64,000 bases of DNA, from positions 3,705-67,704 of the forward strand of contig JBGPJO010000003.1 of assembly GCA_041485465.1 (NCBI GenBank). The letters are read 5' to 3'. The notes beneath the pieces were generated by a model that was not told where the DNA came from, ran no database searches, and was given only the letters and a program-made list of their open reading frames with translations. Source of the stretch: Minisyncoccia bacterium. Lineage in GTDB: Bacteria; Patescibacteriota; Minisyncoccia; Phycocordibacterales; JAKFXT01. Numbering within the stretch: position 1 is the stretch's first letter; the number at the start of each line of letters is the position of its first letter. Positions 28,514-37,393 of this stretch are shown here, piece after piece. The translations under genes were made by a program, and so were the position numbers.

Positions 28514-29535
28514 TACAGGTGCTCTTTAGTGCGAACGACCCTGGTGGAGCAAATGCAATAGCTCCTGTTGTCGGTGAACTCAAAAAACAAGGGGCCCCAT
28601 TTCTCGGAATTCTCTCCGGCCCCGCAAGGGAAATTTTTTCTAAAAGAAACACTTCTTTTATTGACGGAAGCTCTCTTACTGAAGAGACGCTACATAAAGA
28701 AATAGATTCATTCAAACCCAACCTTTTTCTTTTTGGTACGAGCGCCGGGGGGACTTTAGAGAAAGACATTCTTCTCTATGTGCATGATCATGCTCCTTCG
28801 GTTGCCGTGCTTGATTTCTGGGGTAATTACTGGCAACGTTTTTCAAGCCCCGGGGTTAAGGATTTCCGCTATCTTCCAGCGATGATTTGTATTATGGATA
28901 CGGTTGCGCGCGATGAAATGATTGCCGAAGGTTTTAACCCCGATACTCTTGTGGTAACAGGTAATCCACACTTTGATCATTTTGCCGACCTGATAACACG
29001 CGATCTTGAGAGTGAGAAAGATGTACTCTTTATCTCTCAACCGTTGAGCTCAATATCGTCACTTCAGGGTTTCACTAAGCACCCTTTTGATGAATTTTCC
29101 GTTCTTGAAGATATTATTTCTGCATTCTCTTTTCTCCCTCAGGAGTATCACCTTAATATCAGATTGCACCCAAAAGAAGACGCGCATAAATTTGATAAAT
29201 ATATCTCGTCTCGGGTATTTGTGATGCGGGAGTCAACGCTTGAAGAAGAACTTTCCCGGGCAGGGCTTGTTATAGGAATGTCCTCACCCGTGTTGCTTCA
29301 GGCAAGCGCGGCAGGAAAGAGAGTATTGAGTTATGAACCGGGCCTTTCAGGAAATGATATGCTCGTGAGCAATCGTGTCGGCGTAACGCGGCGAATATCA
29401 AGCAAAGAAGAACTCAAGGAAATGCTCATTGCCTACAGTGAGGGCAAGATACCGCTTCCTTCTTCCGATATGAGAGAATTTTGGCCGTCAGGTGCAACCA
29501 GTCGCGTGGTTGAAGTTATAAAGAATCTTGTCTAA
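28510..29535 (+). CDS. hypothetical GT-B-like protein with 'RLHP' motif (TagF/KpsC-like C-terminal domain candidate; possible PseG-role)
   Basis: 'LNIRLHPKED...LVIGMSSPVLLQASAAGKRVLSY' aligns with ORF 31148..32353 and with the C-terminus of ORF 20024. Confidence 0.35.
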   Translation: MIQVLFSANDPGGANAIAPVVGELKKQGAPFLGILSGPAREIFSKRNTSFIDGSSLTEETLHKEIDSFKPNLFLFGTSAGGTLEKDILLYVHDHAPSVAVLDFWGNYWQRFSSPGVKDFRYLPAMICIMDTVARDEMIAEGFNPDTLVVTGNPHFDHFADLITRDLESEKDVLFISQPLSSISSLQGFTKHPFDEFSVLEDIISAFSFLPQEYHLNIRLHPKEDAHKFDKYISSRVFVMRESTLEEELSRAGLVIGMSSPVLLQASAAGKRVLSYEPGLSGNDMLVSNRVGVTRRISSKEELKEMLIAYSEGKIPLPSSDMREFWPSGATSRVVEVIKNLV

Positions 29536-29543
29536 AGAAAACT

Positions 29544-29978
29544 ATGCAAAACTTTATCCATATTTCTAAAAACCTTCTCAATGAAACGCTGAAGACCCCT
29601 GCTACCGATGGTTTGCGGCTGCTTGATCCATTAAAATCTATCGCTCTTCAATCCGGGATGCCAATGAAAATTCTTGAGGAGGTGAATGCTTACGGCGATT
29701 TCGAAAAACATCTTCACGAGGAGGATCTATGGCTGTGTCTTCAAGGTAACCTGATCTTCACTCTTTCTGGAAAACTTGAAAACGAGCGGCAGCGTACGGG
29801 CGCGGATGGGAAAAATCTTGTACCGAATGAATTTACGGGTGATAGGATTATCGATGGGGAAGAGGTAGAACTTGAGCCGGGTGATTGGCTTTGGATTCCT
29901 AGGGGGGTACCGCATCATCATCGCTCATCCAGGGTAACCCGTCTCGCGATCATTAAAATTCCAAATAAGAACTCTTGA
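29544..29978 (+). CDS. cupin-domain protein
   Basis: 'GDWLWIPRGVPHHH' is the cupin His motif. Confidence 0.5.
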   Translation: MQNFIHISKNLLNETLKTPATDGLRLLDPLKSIALQSGMPMKILEEVNAYGDFEKHLHEEDLWLCLQGNLIFTLSGKLENERQRTGADGKNLVPNEFTGDRIIDGEEVELEPGDWLWIPRGVPHHHRSSRVTRLAIIKIPNKNS

Positions 29979-30031
29979 ACCGGGTAGTTTTGTTTGAAAT
30001 TATCAATTGATACTAGCTAGAAACGAGGCTA

Positions 30032-30060
30032 TTGACTTACATTAAATAATTTGTTATAGT
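30032..30060 (+). promoter_or_regulatory. near-consensus sigma70-type promoter (TTGACT-17-TATAGT)
   Basis: TTGACT at 30032-37 and TATAGT at 30055-60 with an exact 17-nt spacer, followed by AGGAGG 8 nt before the ATG at 30129. Confidence 0.5.
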
Positions 30061-30128
30061 TTTGAAAGTAAGTCATTCCTTTCAGAATGGCTTTGTCCTT
30101 TTAATTAAACGGTGCGAAGGAGGTTGCC

Positions 30129-31046
30129 ATGCACCCAGCGCTCTTGTTGAGCGTACCCGTCGCTCTCGGGCTTCGGGTTCTGGTCGGAAACATTTTGTTC
30201 CCGTTTTTCCTCAAGAAGGTAGTCATGAGGGATCGGCGAATCGACCAGTTCTTCATGCAATACTGTTTCGCCCTCGGTCTCGCGATCACACTCACGTTTT
30301 TTTGGGGGGGCATTCAGTTCGACTCAACCTTTCTGCCACTTGTCGCGCTCGGTTTCATTACTGCTGGCGGCAATTACTTCGCGTGGGGGGCGGTGGCGAT
30401 ATCGCAGTCCCGAACATCTGTTTTTACGTTCTGGGACGATCTCATCGCCGTGAGTCTGGCCTACTTCATCCTTCACGAAGGACGTTTCATTTCACCTACG
30501 ATCGCCGTCGGCATCGGCCTGAGCTTCCTCTCCATCATTCTATTCGCGAGGCATGGGTGGATCCATTGCCTACGAAAGAAGGAGCAGGGCCAGACAGTAT
30601 CCTTCAAATTCTACGTCTACGTTTTGGTCTACAGCGTGCTGTGGGGTTTCTCTCAGTTTGGCCAGAGATTCTGGTCGTTCCATGAGATGCCAACACAAAC
30701 CTTCCTGCTCGGGTTCTACACGGGCACGTTCGTGATGGCAGCTCTCATCCGCGCTTTCTACAATGATCGGATGGAGGGAACACCGCAGAAGTCTCTCATC
30801 TTTCGGGACTTCGCCTACAGCTTTACGCTTGCCGTCCTCATCTTCGTATCCATGGGGCTCGCGTTCGCGGCTTACCGGGCGCCACAGGTGATTGTCCAGC
30901 CGGTGCTCCTCGTTGCCGAGATGGTCTTCCCAACGCTTATTGGCCTCTTCATTTTCCATGAGCGCAAGCAGCTTGATCCTCCCGAGTGGATCTACTTAGG
31001 CATAGGGTTTGCCGGGGCCCTGCTTGTTGGTCGGAGTCTCATCTAA
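30129..31046 (+). CDS. 10-TM DMT/EamA-like membrane protein (GC-rich copy)
   Basis: Two 5-TM halves each end in an H-E motif ('FILHEGRF', 'FIFHERKQ'). It is a clear paralog of 32389..33321 and has markedly higher GC than its surroundings. Confidence 0.45.
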   Translation: MHPALLLSVPVALGLRVLVGNILFPFFLKKVVMRDRRIDQFFMQYCFALGLAITLTFFWGGIQFDSTFLPLVALGFITAGGNYFAWGAVAISQSRTSVFTFWDDLIAVSLAYFILHEGRFISPTIAVGIGLSFLSIILFARHGWIHCLRKKEQGQTVSFKFYVYVLVYSVLWGFSQFGQRFWSFHEMPTQTFLLGFYTGTFVMAALIRAFYNDRMEGTPQKSLIFRDFAYSFTLAVLIFVSMGLAFAAYRAPQVIVQPVLLVAEMVFPTLIGLFIFHERKQLDPPEWIYLGIGFAGALLVGRSLI

Positions 31047-31061
31047 TCGTACTTACTTATA

Positions 31062-31106
31062 TTGGCCGGGTCGCTCCTAGAGCAGCCCGGCCAATTTTCT
31101 TTTATG
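31062..31106 (+). terminator. rho-independent terminator
   Basis: Perfect 10-bp stem attggccggg/cccggccaat with a 15-nt loop, followed by TTTCTTTTAT. Confidence 0.6.
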
Positions 31107-31147
31107 CAAGAGCTGCATGTTATAGTGGGTCATTAAGGTTTTAAAAT

Positions 31148-32353
31148 TTGACGGGCTCACCTAAGGTTCCACGTATGCGCACTGAAAACGAAACCGTTCT
31201 TCTCGTATACGAGAAGAAGAAGCCGGGACTCCGCATTCTTATGGAGGCGGCAGAACCGGCCTCAATCGGAACAATCGATGCCCTTATGAGGGCACTCCAA
31301 GAAGACCCGCGTTGCGGGGAGATATGTATTCTTGCTAACAATATCGCTCGTGACGTCTTTGAAAGTGAGATCCGAAGTGGAGTTCTCAAGCTACGAAAAA
31401 TCAACGGGGAGGGAGGAATAATCGAAAATATCCCGGGACCGTTCGATGTTGGTGTGGCCATAGTTGGTCCCCAAAACAGTCCAGCACAACTTCTTCTCTA
31501 CTCCGCAAAAAGTGTCTTTGGTTGCCGCAAGCTTTTCTTTATTTCAGGTGGGTTACCAGGGACAGTAATCGAGATCCTCAATTCCCAAAACTCTAAAAAC
31601 ATGGATCCGGTTGATGCACTTCTTGTCGAAGATGAGTTTGTGGCACATCTTTACCGGATACGCTTACCGCAAATCAATCCTAATCGGATTATTCCGACAG
31701 GAACAGCTCTCACCGATGAAATTCGGGATGAAGAGGGGGTATTGTTACGAGAGAGCGGCAGAGTGAAGCTTGGTATCGAACAAAGTTCGAAGACGCTTTT
31801 CTATTCTTCATTCCCCGGTTCCGATTACGAGCGGTTTGGCGGCAGTGTGGACATCGCACTCCACACGCTTGCGAAAACTCTCGCTGGAGCAAAGCAGGCG
31901 GCGGAGGATAATAAAGAGAGTAGGTTCGTCGTCATCGTTCGATTGCACCCAAGGACTTCCGCAGAAGAAAATCGACGACAGCTCTCTTTGTGCGAAGGAG
32001 TATGGGGAGAGAATCTCCGGGTTATCGGGGATACAACGGCCGCCTCGTACAAAGAATGCCTTTATGCTACCGATATTATCGGATGTATGCCGACCAGCAC
32101 CTTGGCCTCCCTGTCTCACTATCGCGGACAAAAAGCATTACTTTTCGCTTACAGTGGGAAGGGTCAAAGTGAAGCAATGTTTGAGAGGCTTTCTCCGGGA
32201 GAAGAACGAAAAGTAATCGCTCAAATTCCTGGTGTTGTTGTCGTTCACAGTCAGGATGAAATTGCGCGTGAATTTGGGAAGGCGGATCGGATTAGACCGA
32301 GCACTTTGCCAAAAGGTAACTCAACGGTAAACATTCTCGCACAGATTTTCTGA
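31148..32353 (+). CDS. hypothetical GT-B-like protein with 'RLHP' motif (paralogous C-terminal domain to 28510..29535)
   Basis: 'VVIVRLHPRTSAEEN ... VIGDTTAASYKECLYATDIIGCMPTSTLASLSHYRGQKALLF'. Confidence 0.35.
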   Translation: MTGSPKVPRMRTENETVLLVYEKKKPGLRILMEAAEPASIGTIDALMRALQEDPRCGEICILANNIARDVFESEIRSGVLKLRKINGEGGIIENIPGPFDVGVAIVGPQNSPAQLLLYSAKSVFGCRKLFFISGGLPGTVIEILNSQNSKNMDPVDALLVEDEFVAHLYRIRLPQINPNRIIPTGTALTDEIRDEEGVLLRESGRVKLGIEQSSKTLFYSSFPGSDYERFGGSVDIALHTLAKTLAGAKQAAEDNKESRFVVIVRLHPRTSAEENRRQLSLCEGVWGENLRVIGDTTAASYKECLYATDIIGCMPTSTLASLSHYRGQKALLFAYSGKGQSEAMFERLSPGEERKVIAQIPGVVVVHSQDEIAREFGKADRIRPSTLPKGNSTVNILAQIF

Positions 32354-32388
32354 AGTTTGGCCGACGCGTATGCGTCGACCGATTTTTT

Positions 32389-33321
32389 ATGGAATACAAT
32401 TTTTTTAATCTCATACAAATAAGCGCGCCTTTGGCAACAGGCCTTCGGGTTCTCACCGCCTTCATTCTGGCTCAGTACTTAGTGAAGATGGTGGCGGGGA
32501 AGGATAGAAGGACCGAGCGGTTTCTATGGCAATATCTTTTTACCCTACTAATCGCTGGCACTCTCGCATTATTCACAGGCGCGGTAGTTTTTGGCCGTGA
32601 GTTTTTTGTGATTGTTATTATTGGTTTTGTTAGCGCGGGCGGAACACTTCTCTCTTGGAAGGCAATAGCAATCTCCCAATCGCGCACAGCTCTTTTCACA
32701 TTTTGGGATGACATCATTGCGATGGGGCTCTCATACTTTATTCTTCACGAAGGACGATTCATCACTTTGCCGGTCGGTATAGGAATTGCACTCAGTTTTC
32801 TCTCTCTCGCTCTGTTTGTTCGTTATGAATGGGTTCATAGAGTGCAAAAGAAAGAAGGAGGATACGCAATACCGCTCAAATTCTATGTCTATGTTCTTGT
32901 CTACAGTATTTTGTACGGTATCGCGATGTTCGGTCAAAGATTTTGGTCATTTCAGCATTTGCCGATACTGACGTTCGCGCTTGCCTGGTACATTGGTGCG
33001 TGTGCCGCCGCAGTTCTTATCCGTCTTTTCTATAAAGATAAGGGGGGGGATCAGCAGACCAAAAAATCGTTCACTGTTCTCGATGTTTTACTGCACTTTA
33101 TGCTCGCCCTGTCGACCTATGCTTCTCTTGTCCTCGCGAGCGTGGCATACCTTGCCCCACAAGTTATCGTCCAGCCGATCTTTCTCGTGGGGGAGATGAT
33201 TATCCCCGCACTCATGGGACTTTTCATTTTCCATGAGCGTAAGCACTTCGACCTCACAGAATGGTTCTACTTCGCTATCGGGTTTACGGGAGCTCTGCTC
33301 GTCGCTAGCGGCTTTTACTAA
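32389..33321 (+). CDS. 10-TM DMT/EamA-like membrane protein (AT-richer paralog)
   Basis: Collinear with 30129..31046 (for example 'AISQSRTALFTFWDDIIAMGLSYFILHEGRFI' and 'FKFYVYVLVYSILYG...FGQRFWSF'). Confidence 0.45.
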   Translation: MEYNFFNLIQISAPLATGLRVLTAFILAQYLVKMVAGKDRRTERFLWQYLFTLLIAGTLALFTGAVVFGREFFVIVIIGFVSAGGTLLSWKAIAISQSRTALFTFWDDIIAMGLSYFILHEGRFITLPVGIGIALSFLSLALFVRYEWVHRVQKKEGGYAIPLKFYVYVLVYSILYGIAMFGQRFWSFQHLPILTFALAWYIGACAAAVLIRLFYKDKGGDQQTKKSFTVLDVLLHFMLALSTYASLVLASVAYLAPQVIVQPIFLVGEMIIPALMGLFIFHERKHFDLTEWFYFAIGFTGALLVASGFY

Positions 33322-33467
33322 CTGGAAAGGTCTCTCGCTCTGGGGCATGTTTTTTCTTTGACATACCCTCCGTGGTATGGTCTTAGCGACCTTGAGACCC
33401 ATGATAATTAAGATTCCGAAAAAGGACTAAAAATTTAACGGGAGTGAGATCCTTCCAGTATTAAAAA

Positions 33468-33493
33468 AAGACCCCAGCGCTCACGCCGGGGTC
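33468..33493. terminator. possible bidirectional terminator hairpin between convergent genes
   Basis: agaccccagcg/cgccggggtct stem with 1 mismatch, flanked by an A-run upstream and a T-rich tract downstream. Confidence 0.35.
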
Positions 33494-33519
33494 TTGTGTC
33501 TTCTTTGGGGTGATGACTG

Positions 33520-34362
33520 TTAAGAGATTAGACTTGACGGCACGTGGAGCAACGCCCCCGGGATGCCGTTAAAGGGTCCGGGATGCCCTCCGCCGTAACG
33601 CACGACGAGCGCGCCATCCATGCCGTCATTGAGGAGGACGATACCGTTGCCGGCAATATCCGGCACGCGCAAGGCGTTGTTGATGAAGATTCCCTTTTGC
33701 TTTGCTCGGAAGTCTCCAATCGTGAATATCGCCCTGTCACGCTTCCGTATGGCGATTCCGTAACGGTACGAAGCAAGTCGGTCGCTCCCAAGGAGACGAT
33801 GACCATCCTTGTATTCGTAGAGTCTCCAGTCCTTAAGGTCGCCGCCGGACTCGATGGTGAGGAGCCTTCCGTCGTCGCAAAGTGCGGCCGAATGCATCAT
33901 ATAATTCTTGTCGTCCTTTGGGAAACAAGTCTCACCCTTGTGGCACCACTTCCCGTCTCGGTAGACGACGCGGAAGATTTTCCTCTCCCCGTTGCGGATC
34001 AAGCCGAGCTCGCTTCCCGAGTAGATCACGGCCGTCTGTATCCGATTCACCCCGCTTGAGGGGTTGATGTCCGGAAACATCCGCACCGATTCCTTGCCGG
34101 CGATGGTGCCGCGAATCCAGCGGATTTTTCTCAGATTGAGTGTGCCCCCGTCGACAGAGGCTTCGGCCAAAAGAACGGCTGGTCCGAAGTAGTCGGCGAT
34201 CGCGATCAGTGAGCCGAAAGACTGGATTCCCGACGGCTGGAACCCAAGCTCTTGACTCGCTATCGCTATTCTCCCGATAGGGAGAGAAAAGGACTGCTCC
34301 TGCCCCTTGTAGCTTAGGGCCGCCGCTTTGGCGTATTGCTTCTGCTCACTCGTGGCCACCAT
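33520..34362 (-). CDS. GC-rich hypothetical protein (no recognisable domain)
   Basis: The ORF is open to 34446, but the N-terminal 28 codons are AT-rich promoter DNA of the divergent pseC. The start at MVATSEQ (34362) is more likely. No TM or signal peptide. Confidence 0.4.
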   Translation of the reverse strand: MVATSEQKQYAKAAALSYKGQEQSFSLPIGRIAIASQELGFQPSGIQSFGSLIAIADYFGPAVLLAEASVDGGTLNLRKIRWIRGTIAGKESVRMFPDINPSSGVNRIQTAVIYSGSELGLIRNGERKIFRVVYRDGKWCHKGETCFPKDDKNYMMHSAALCDDGRLLTIESGGDLKDWRLYEYKDGHRLLGSDRLASYRYGIAIRKRDRAIFTIGDFRAKQKGIFINNALRVPDIAGNGIVLLNDGMDGALVVRYGGGHPGPFNGIPGALLHVPSSLIS

Positions 34363-34429
34363 TTCTGCATCCTCTCTAGTTAAAGTGCAGGGGTACAATT
34401 CGAACAAATTATAATTCTTTATTATTATA

Positions 34430-34458
34430 TTGTCAATATGCTCCAAACTTGTTATAGT
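34430..34458 (+). promoter_or_regulatory. sigma70-type promoter TTGTCA-17-TATAGT; likely leaderless transcript for pseC
   Basis: The -10 element ends 6 nt before the ATG at 34465. No SD sequence is present. Confidence 0.45.
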
Positions 34459-34464
34459 CGAGCC

Positions 34465-35610
34465 ATGATCCCGTATTCAACGCAGTCAATAGATGAAAAA
34501 GATATTGCGGCCGTCGTAAAAAGCATAAAATCAGGTTGGCTTACCCAGGGCCCGGCCATAGGGCAGTTTGAAAAAGCACTTGCAAAAAAAGTCGGAGCAA
34601 AATTTGGGGTCGCTTTTTCTTCAGGCACGGCGGCTCTCCACGCCGCCTATTTTGCCGCGGGCGTCACAAAAGGAGATGAGGTGATTGTGCCCGCGCTCAC
34701 CTTTGCCGCAACCGCTAATGCCGCTTTGTTTTTAGGAGCTAAGCCGGTATTTGCCGATGTTTCAATCGAATATGGCACGATTGATGTCGGTGATGTGAAG
34801 AAAAAAATAACTCGCCGTACCAAAGCAATTGTCCCCGTTGATTACGGCGGTCGGCCGGGAGATTTACGGGAGCTTAGAGTACTTGCAAGACGGCATAAGA
34901 TTGTACTTATTGAAGATGCGGCTCACAGTCTCGGCGGGTTTTACCGCGGAGAGCCTGTCGGATCGCTTGCGGACATGACTATGTTTAGCTTTCATCCGGT
35001 TAAATCAATTACTACGGGCGAGGGTGGAGCGATAGTGACAAATAGTTCTGAGTATTACCGACGCCTGCTTTTATTTCGTAGCCACGGTATCACCAAAGAT
35101 CCGAATGCACTCGTACGGAAAAACCATGGTCTATGGTATCAGGAGATGCAGGAACTCGGCTTTAATTATCGACTAACCGATATGCAGGCAGCGCTCGGCA
35201 TAAGCCAGTTGAAACGCCTTAGTACATTCGTGAAAAAGCGACGGATGGTGGCGAAGCGCTACGAAAAACTTCTTGCAAATATTCAGGGGCTTATAGTGCC
35301 GCCGAAAGAGCGTGCCCATGAGCACTCTGCCTGGCATCTCTACCCGGTGCGCCTTCGACCGAACATAGCCTCAAGGCGCGATGAAGTGTTTGAGGCTCTG
35401 AGGGCTCAAGGTATTGGTGTCCAAGTACATTACATTCCCGTCTACAGACATCTTTTTTACGAGAAGCTCGGATATAAGAAAGGTTCATGTCCGAACGCCG
35501 AGGCGTTTGCCGCCTCCGAGATATCAATTCCTCTTTTTCCCGCTATTACGAAAAAACAACAAATATATATAGCGCGGGCGCTTAGAGCCGTAATTACCCG
35601 CAGAGCGTAA
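34465..35610 (+). CDS. pseC: UDP-4-amino-4,6-dideoxy-N-acetyl-beta-L-altrosamine transaminase-like (PseC/DegT family)
   Basis: The N-terminal 'MIPYSTQSI' matches the PseC-type 'IPYxxQ' start. 'FSFHPVKSITTGEGGAIVTN' carries the PLP-Lys. Confidence 0.65.
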   Translation: MIPYSTQSIDEKDIAAVVKSIKSGWLTQGPAIGQFEKALAKKVGAKFGVAFSSGTAALHAAYFAAGVTKGDEVIVPALTFAATANAALFLGAKPVFADVSIEYGTIDVGDVKKKITRRTKAIVPVDYGGRPGDLRELRVLARRHKIVLIEDAAHSLGGFYRGEPVGSLADMTMFSFHPVKSITTGEGGAIVTNSSEYYRRLLLFRSHGITKDPNALVRKNHGLWYQEMQELGFNYRLTDMQAALGISQLKRLSTFVKKRRMVAKRYEKLLANIQGLIVPPKERAHEHSAWHLYPVRLRPNIASRRDEVFEALRAQGIGVQVHYIPVYRHLFYEKLGYKKGSCPNAEAFAASEISIPLFPAITKKQQIYIARALRAVITRRA

Positions 35611-35655
35611 TTTTTGCTGGTATACTCCGTATTAATTTTAAAAAAGGTGAATCTT

Positions 35656-36309
35656 ATGTCTTCCAAAAAAGAAACAGAACAGCTGTCGGCCTGGGCAGGT
35701 GAATGGGGGAATGACTACACTGATCGCAACCCGCAATCACTTGCTCAGGTTGAAGAGGACTTTTTACGAGAGCATGGGCTAACGCGCACAGCCGCAAATG
35801 AAGAATTCTTAGGAGAATTACCTCAAGACATTTCTATTCTTGAAGTGGGCGCTAATGTTGGCTATCAACTTGAGTTTTTGCGAAGAGCGGGGTTTTCAAA
35901 CAGTGCGGGTATTGAGCCAAACAGTCACGCCATAAAGCGATCACTCGAAATTAACCCTAAGGTGCGTATCGAGAAAGGGTCAGGCTTTGAGCTTCCGTTT
36001 GAAGATGGACAGTTTGACCTTGTCTATACGTCTGGGGTTTTGATACATATTTCTCCTAAAGATATTAAAAAAATTATTTCAGAAATTTATCGCGTCTCGA
36101 AGCGCTACATCTGGGGTTTTGAATACTACGCTCCCGAGGGTTACCCGGAGATTCCGTATCATGGTAAGAAAAATTTGCTCTGGAAAACGGATTTTGCCGC
36201 ACTCTACCTTAAAGAATTTTCTGATCTTAAACTGGTTAAAGACAAAAAACTGCCCATTCTCGGCACAGCAGATATCGACCACATGTTTTTGCTTAAGAAA
36301 GGGGTGTAG
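35656..36309 (+). CDS. pseudaminic-acid-cluster-associated SAM methyltransferase-like protein
   Basis: 'ILEVGANVGYQLEFL' (motif I) and a size of about 217 aa. AAGGTG lies 7 nt upstream of the ATG. Confidence 0.55.
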   Translation: MSSKKETEQLSAWAGEWGNDYTDRNPQSLAQVEEDFLREHGLTRTAANEEFLGELPQDISILEVGANVGYQLEFLRRAGFSNSAGIEPNSHAIKRSLEINPKVRIEKGSGFELPFEDGQFDLVYTSGVLIHISPKDIKKIISEIYRVSKRYIWGFEYYAPEGYPEIPYHGKKNLLWKTDFAALYLKEFSDLKLVKDKKLPILGTADIDHMFLLKKGV

Positions 36310-36318
36310 TAGCATATA

Positions 36319-36347
36319 TTGACATAATCTAATAATTAATATCATAT
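36319..36347 (+). promoter_or_regulatory. candidate promoter TTGACA-17-TCATAT
   Basis: Consensus -35 element, 17-nt spacer and a 4/6 -10 match, 53 nt upstream of the ATG at 36400. Confidence 0.35.
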
Positions 36348-36399
36348 TTGAGACACTTTCCTTTTTGCTTTGGTCCCCAAGAGGCGAGCTAAATTACAC

Positions 36400-37389
36400 A
36401 TGAAGACCAAAAGATTTACCGTTGCGGTTATCGGGTGCGGCAAGATTGGTGCCGAGGTTGCATCCTATAGTAAGCGAGTGTCGCCGGGCACTCACGCTGA
36501 AGCATGGAGGGATAACAAAAATGCCGAACTTGTCGCCCTTGTTGATCGAGACCCGAAACATCTACGGGCGGCCAGTCGGCATTTTCCTAATGTTCCGGTT
36601 TTTACCGATGCATCCAAAATGTTTAAAACCATCAAACCAGATATTGTTTCTGTTGCGACGCCCACAGAATCTCATGCGCATTATGTTGCTTTAGCGAGCA
36701 CGTTCGGCACGAAAGCAATTCTCTGTGAAAAGCCGATCGCTTCAAATATACAAGAGGCAAAAAAAATGATTGCGACTGCTCACAAGGCCGGTTCAGCGCT
36801 CTTTATAAATTACCAGCGAGAATTTGATCCACTATTAATTTCTTGGGCGGAGAAAATCAAGAGGGGTATTTTGGGGAAGATTTTTCAGGTTGACGCGTAT
36901 TATTATGATGGGCTCTACGCTACGCATCTTTTTGACTTGATCCGTATGTTTTTTGGTAAGCCCTCTTCAGTTACGGCCCATGTAAACAAAGAAACCTCGT
37001 GGAATCCTAAGAATCCAAATATTGACGGATCTCTGATTTATAAAAATGGTCTTTCGGTTTCGGTTCGCTCTTTGTCTCGCGGATACGGATATTTTGGACT
37101 TCGGATTTTTGGTGAAAAAGGCATGGTTCACGTAACAAATCTTGGCTGCACTATCGAATATTTTAAGAAAATTCCAAATAAAAATTACAAAGGTTATTTT
37201 CAACTTTCCGAAAAGCCTTTTGAGGAAGGGAAAACGCGCGGCATGCTTGCGGGCTCCGTAGCACACGTTGTTTCCTCGCTTCAGGGTAGCGGGCGTACGC
37301 GAAGCACCGGCGAGGATGGTCTTGTGGTCCTTAAAATTCAGACGGCGCTTTTAAAGAGCGCCAAGAGCGGTAAGAAAGAGACCTTGTAA
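36400..37389 (+). CDS. Gfo/Idh/MocA-family NAD(P)-dependent oxidoreductase
   Basis: 'FTVAVIGCGKIGAEV' Rossmann motif and the 'EKP' motif ('LCEKPIAS'). Confidence 0.7.
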   Translation: MKTKRFTVAVIGCGKIGAEVASYSKRVSPGTHAEAWRDNKNAELVALVDRDPKHLRAASRHFPNVPVFTDASKMFKTIKPDIVSVATPTESHAHYVALASTFGTKAILCEKPIASNIQEAKKMIATAHKAGSALFINYQREFDPLLISWAEKIKRGILGKIFQVDAYYYDGLYATHLFDLIRMFFGKPSSVTAHVNKETSWNPKNPNIDGSLIYKNGLSVSVRSLSRGYGYFGLRIFGEKGMVHVTNLGCTIEYFKKIPNKNYKGYFQLSEKPFEEGKTRGMLAGSVAHVVSSLQGSGRTRSTGEDGLVVLKIQTALLKSAKSGKKETL

Positions 37390-37393
37390 CACT

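Noticed and set aside
30062-30685. 207-aa ORF rich in Arg/His/Ser overlapping the DMT gene in another frame
   Set aside because: It is an alternative-frame artefact typical of GC-rich DNA. It has a low-complexity composition and no start context, and it is fully contained within the well-supported paralogous membrane-protein frame.
33544-34059. 171-aa plus-strand ORF antisense to the GC-rich hypothetical gene
   Set aside because: It is an antisense shadow ORF in GC-rich sequence. The minus-strand frame is longer and continuous.
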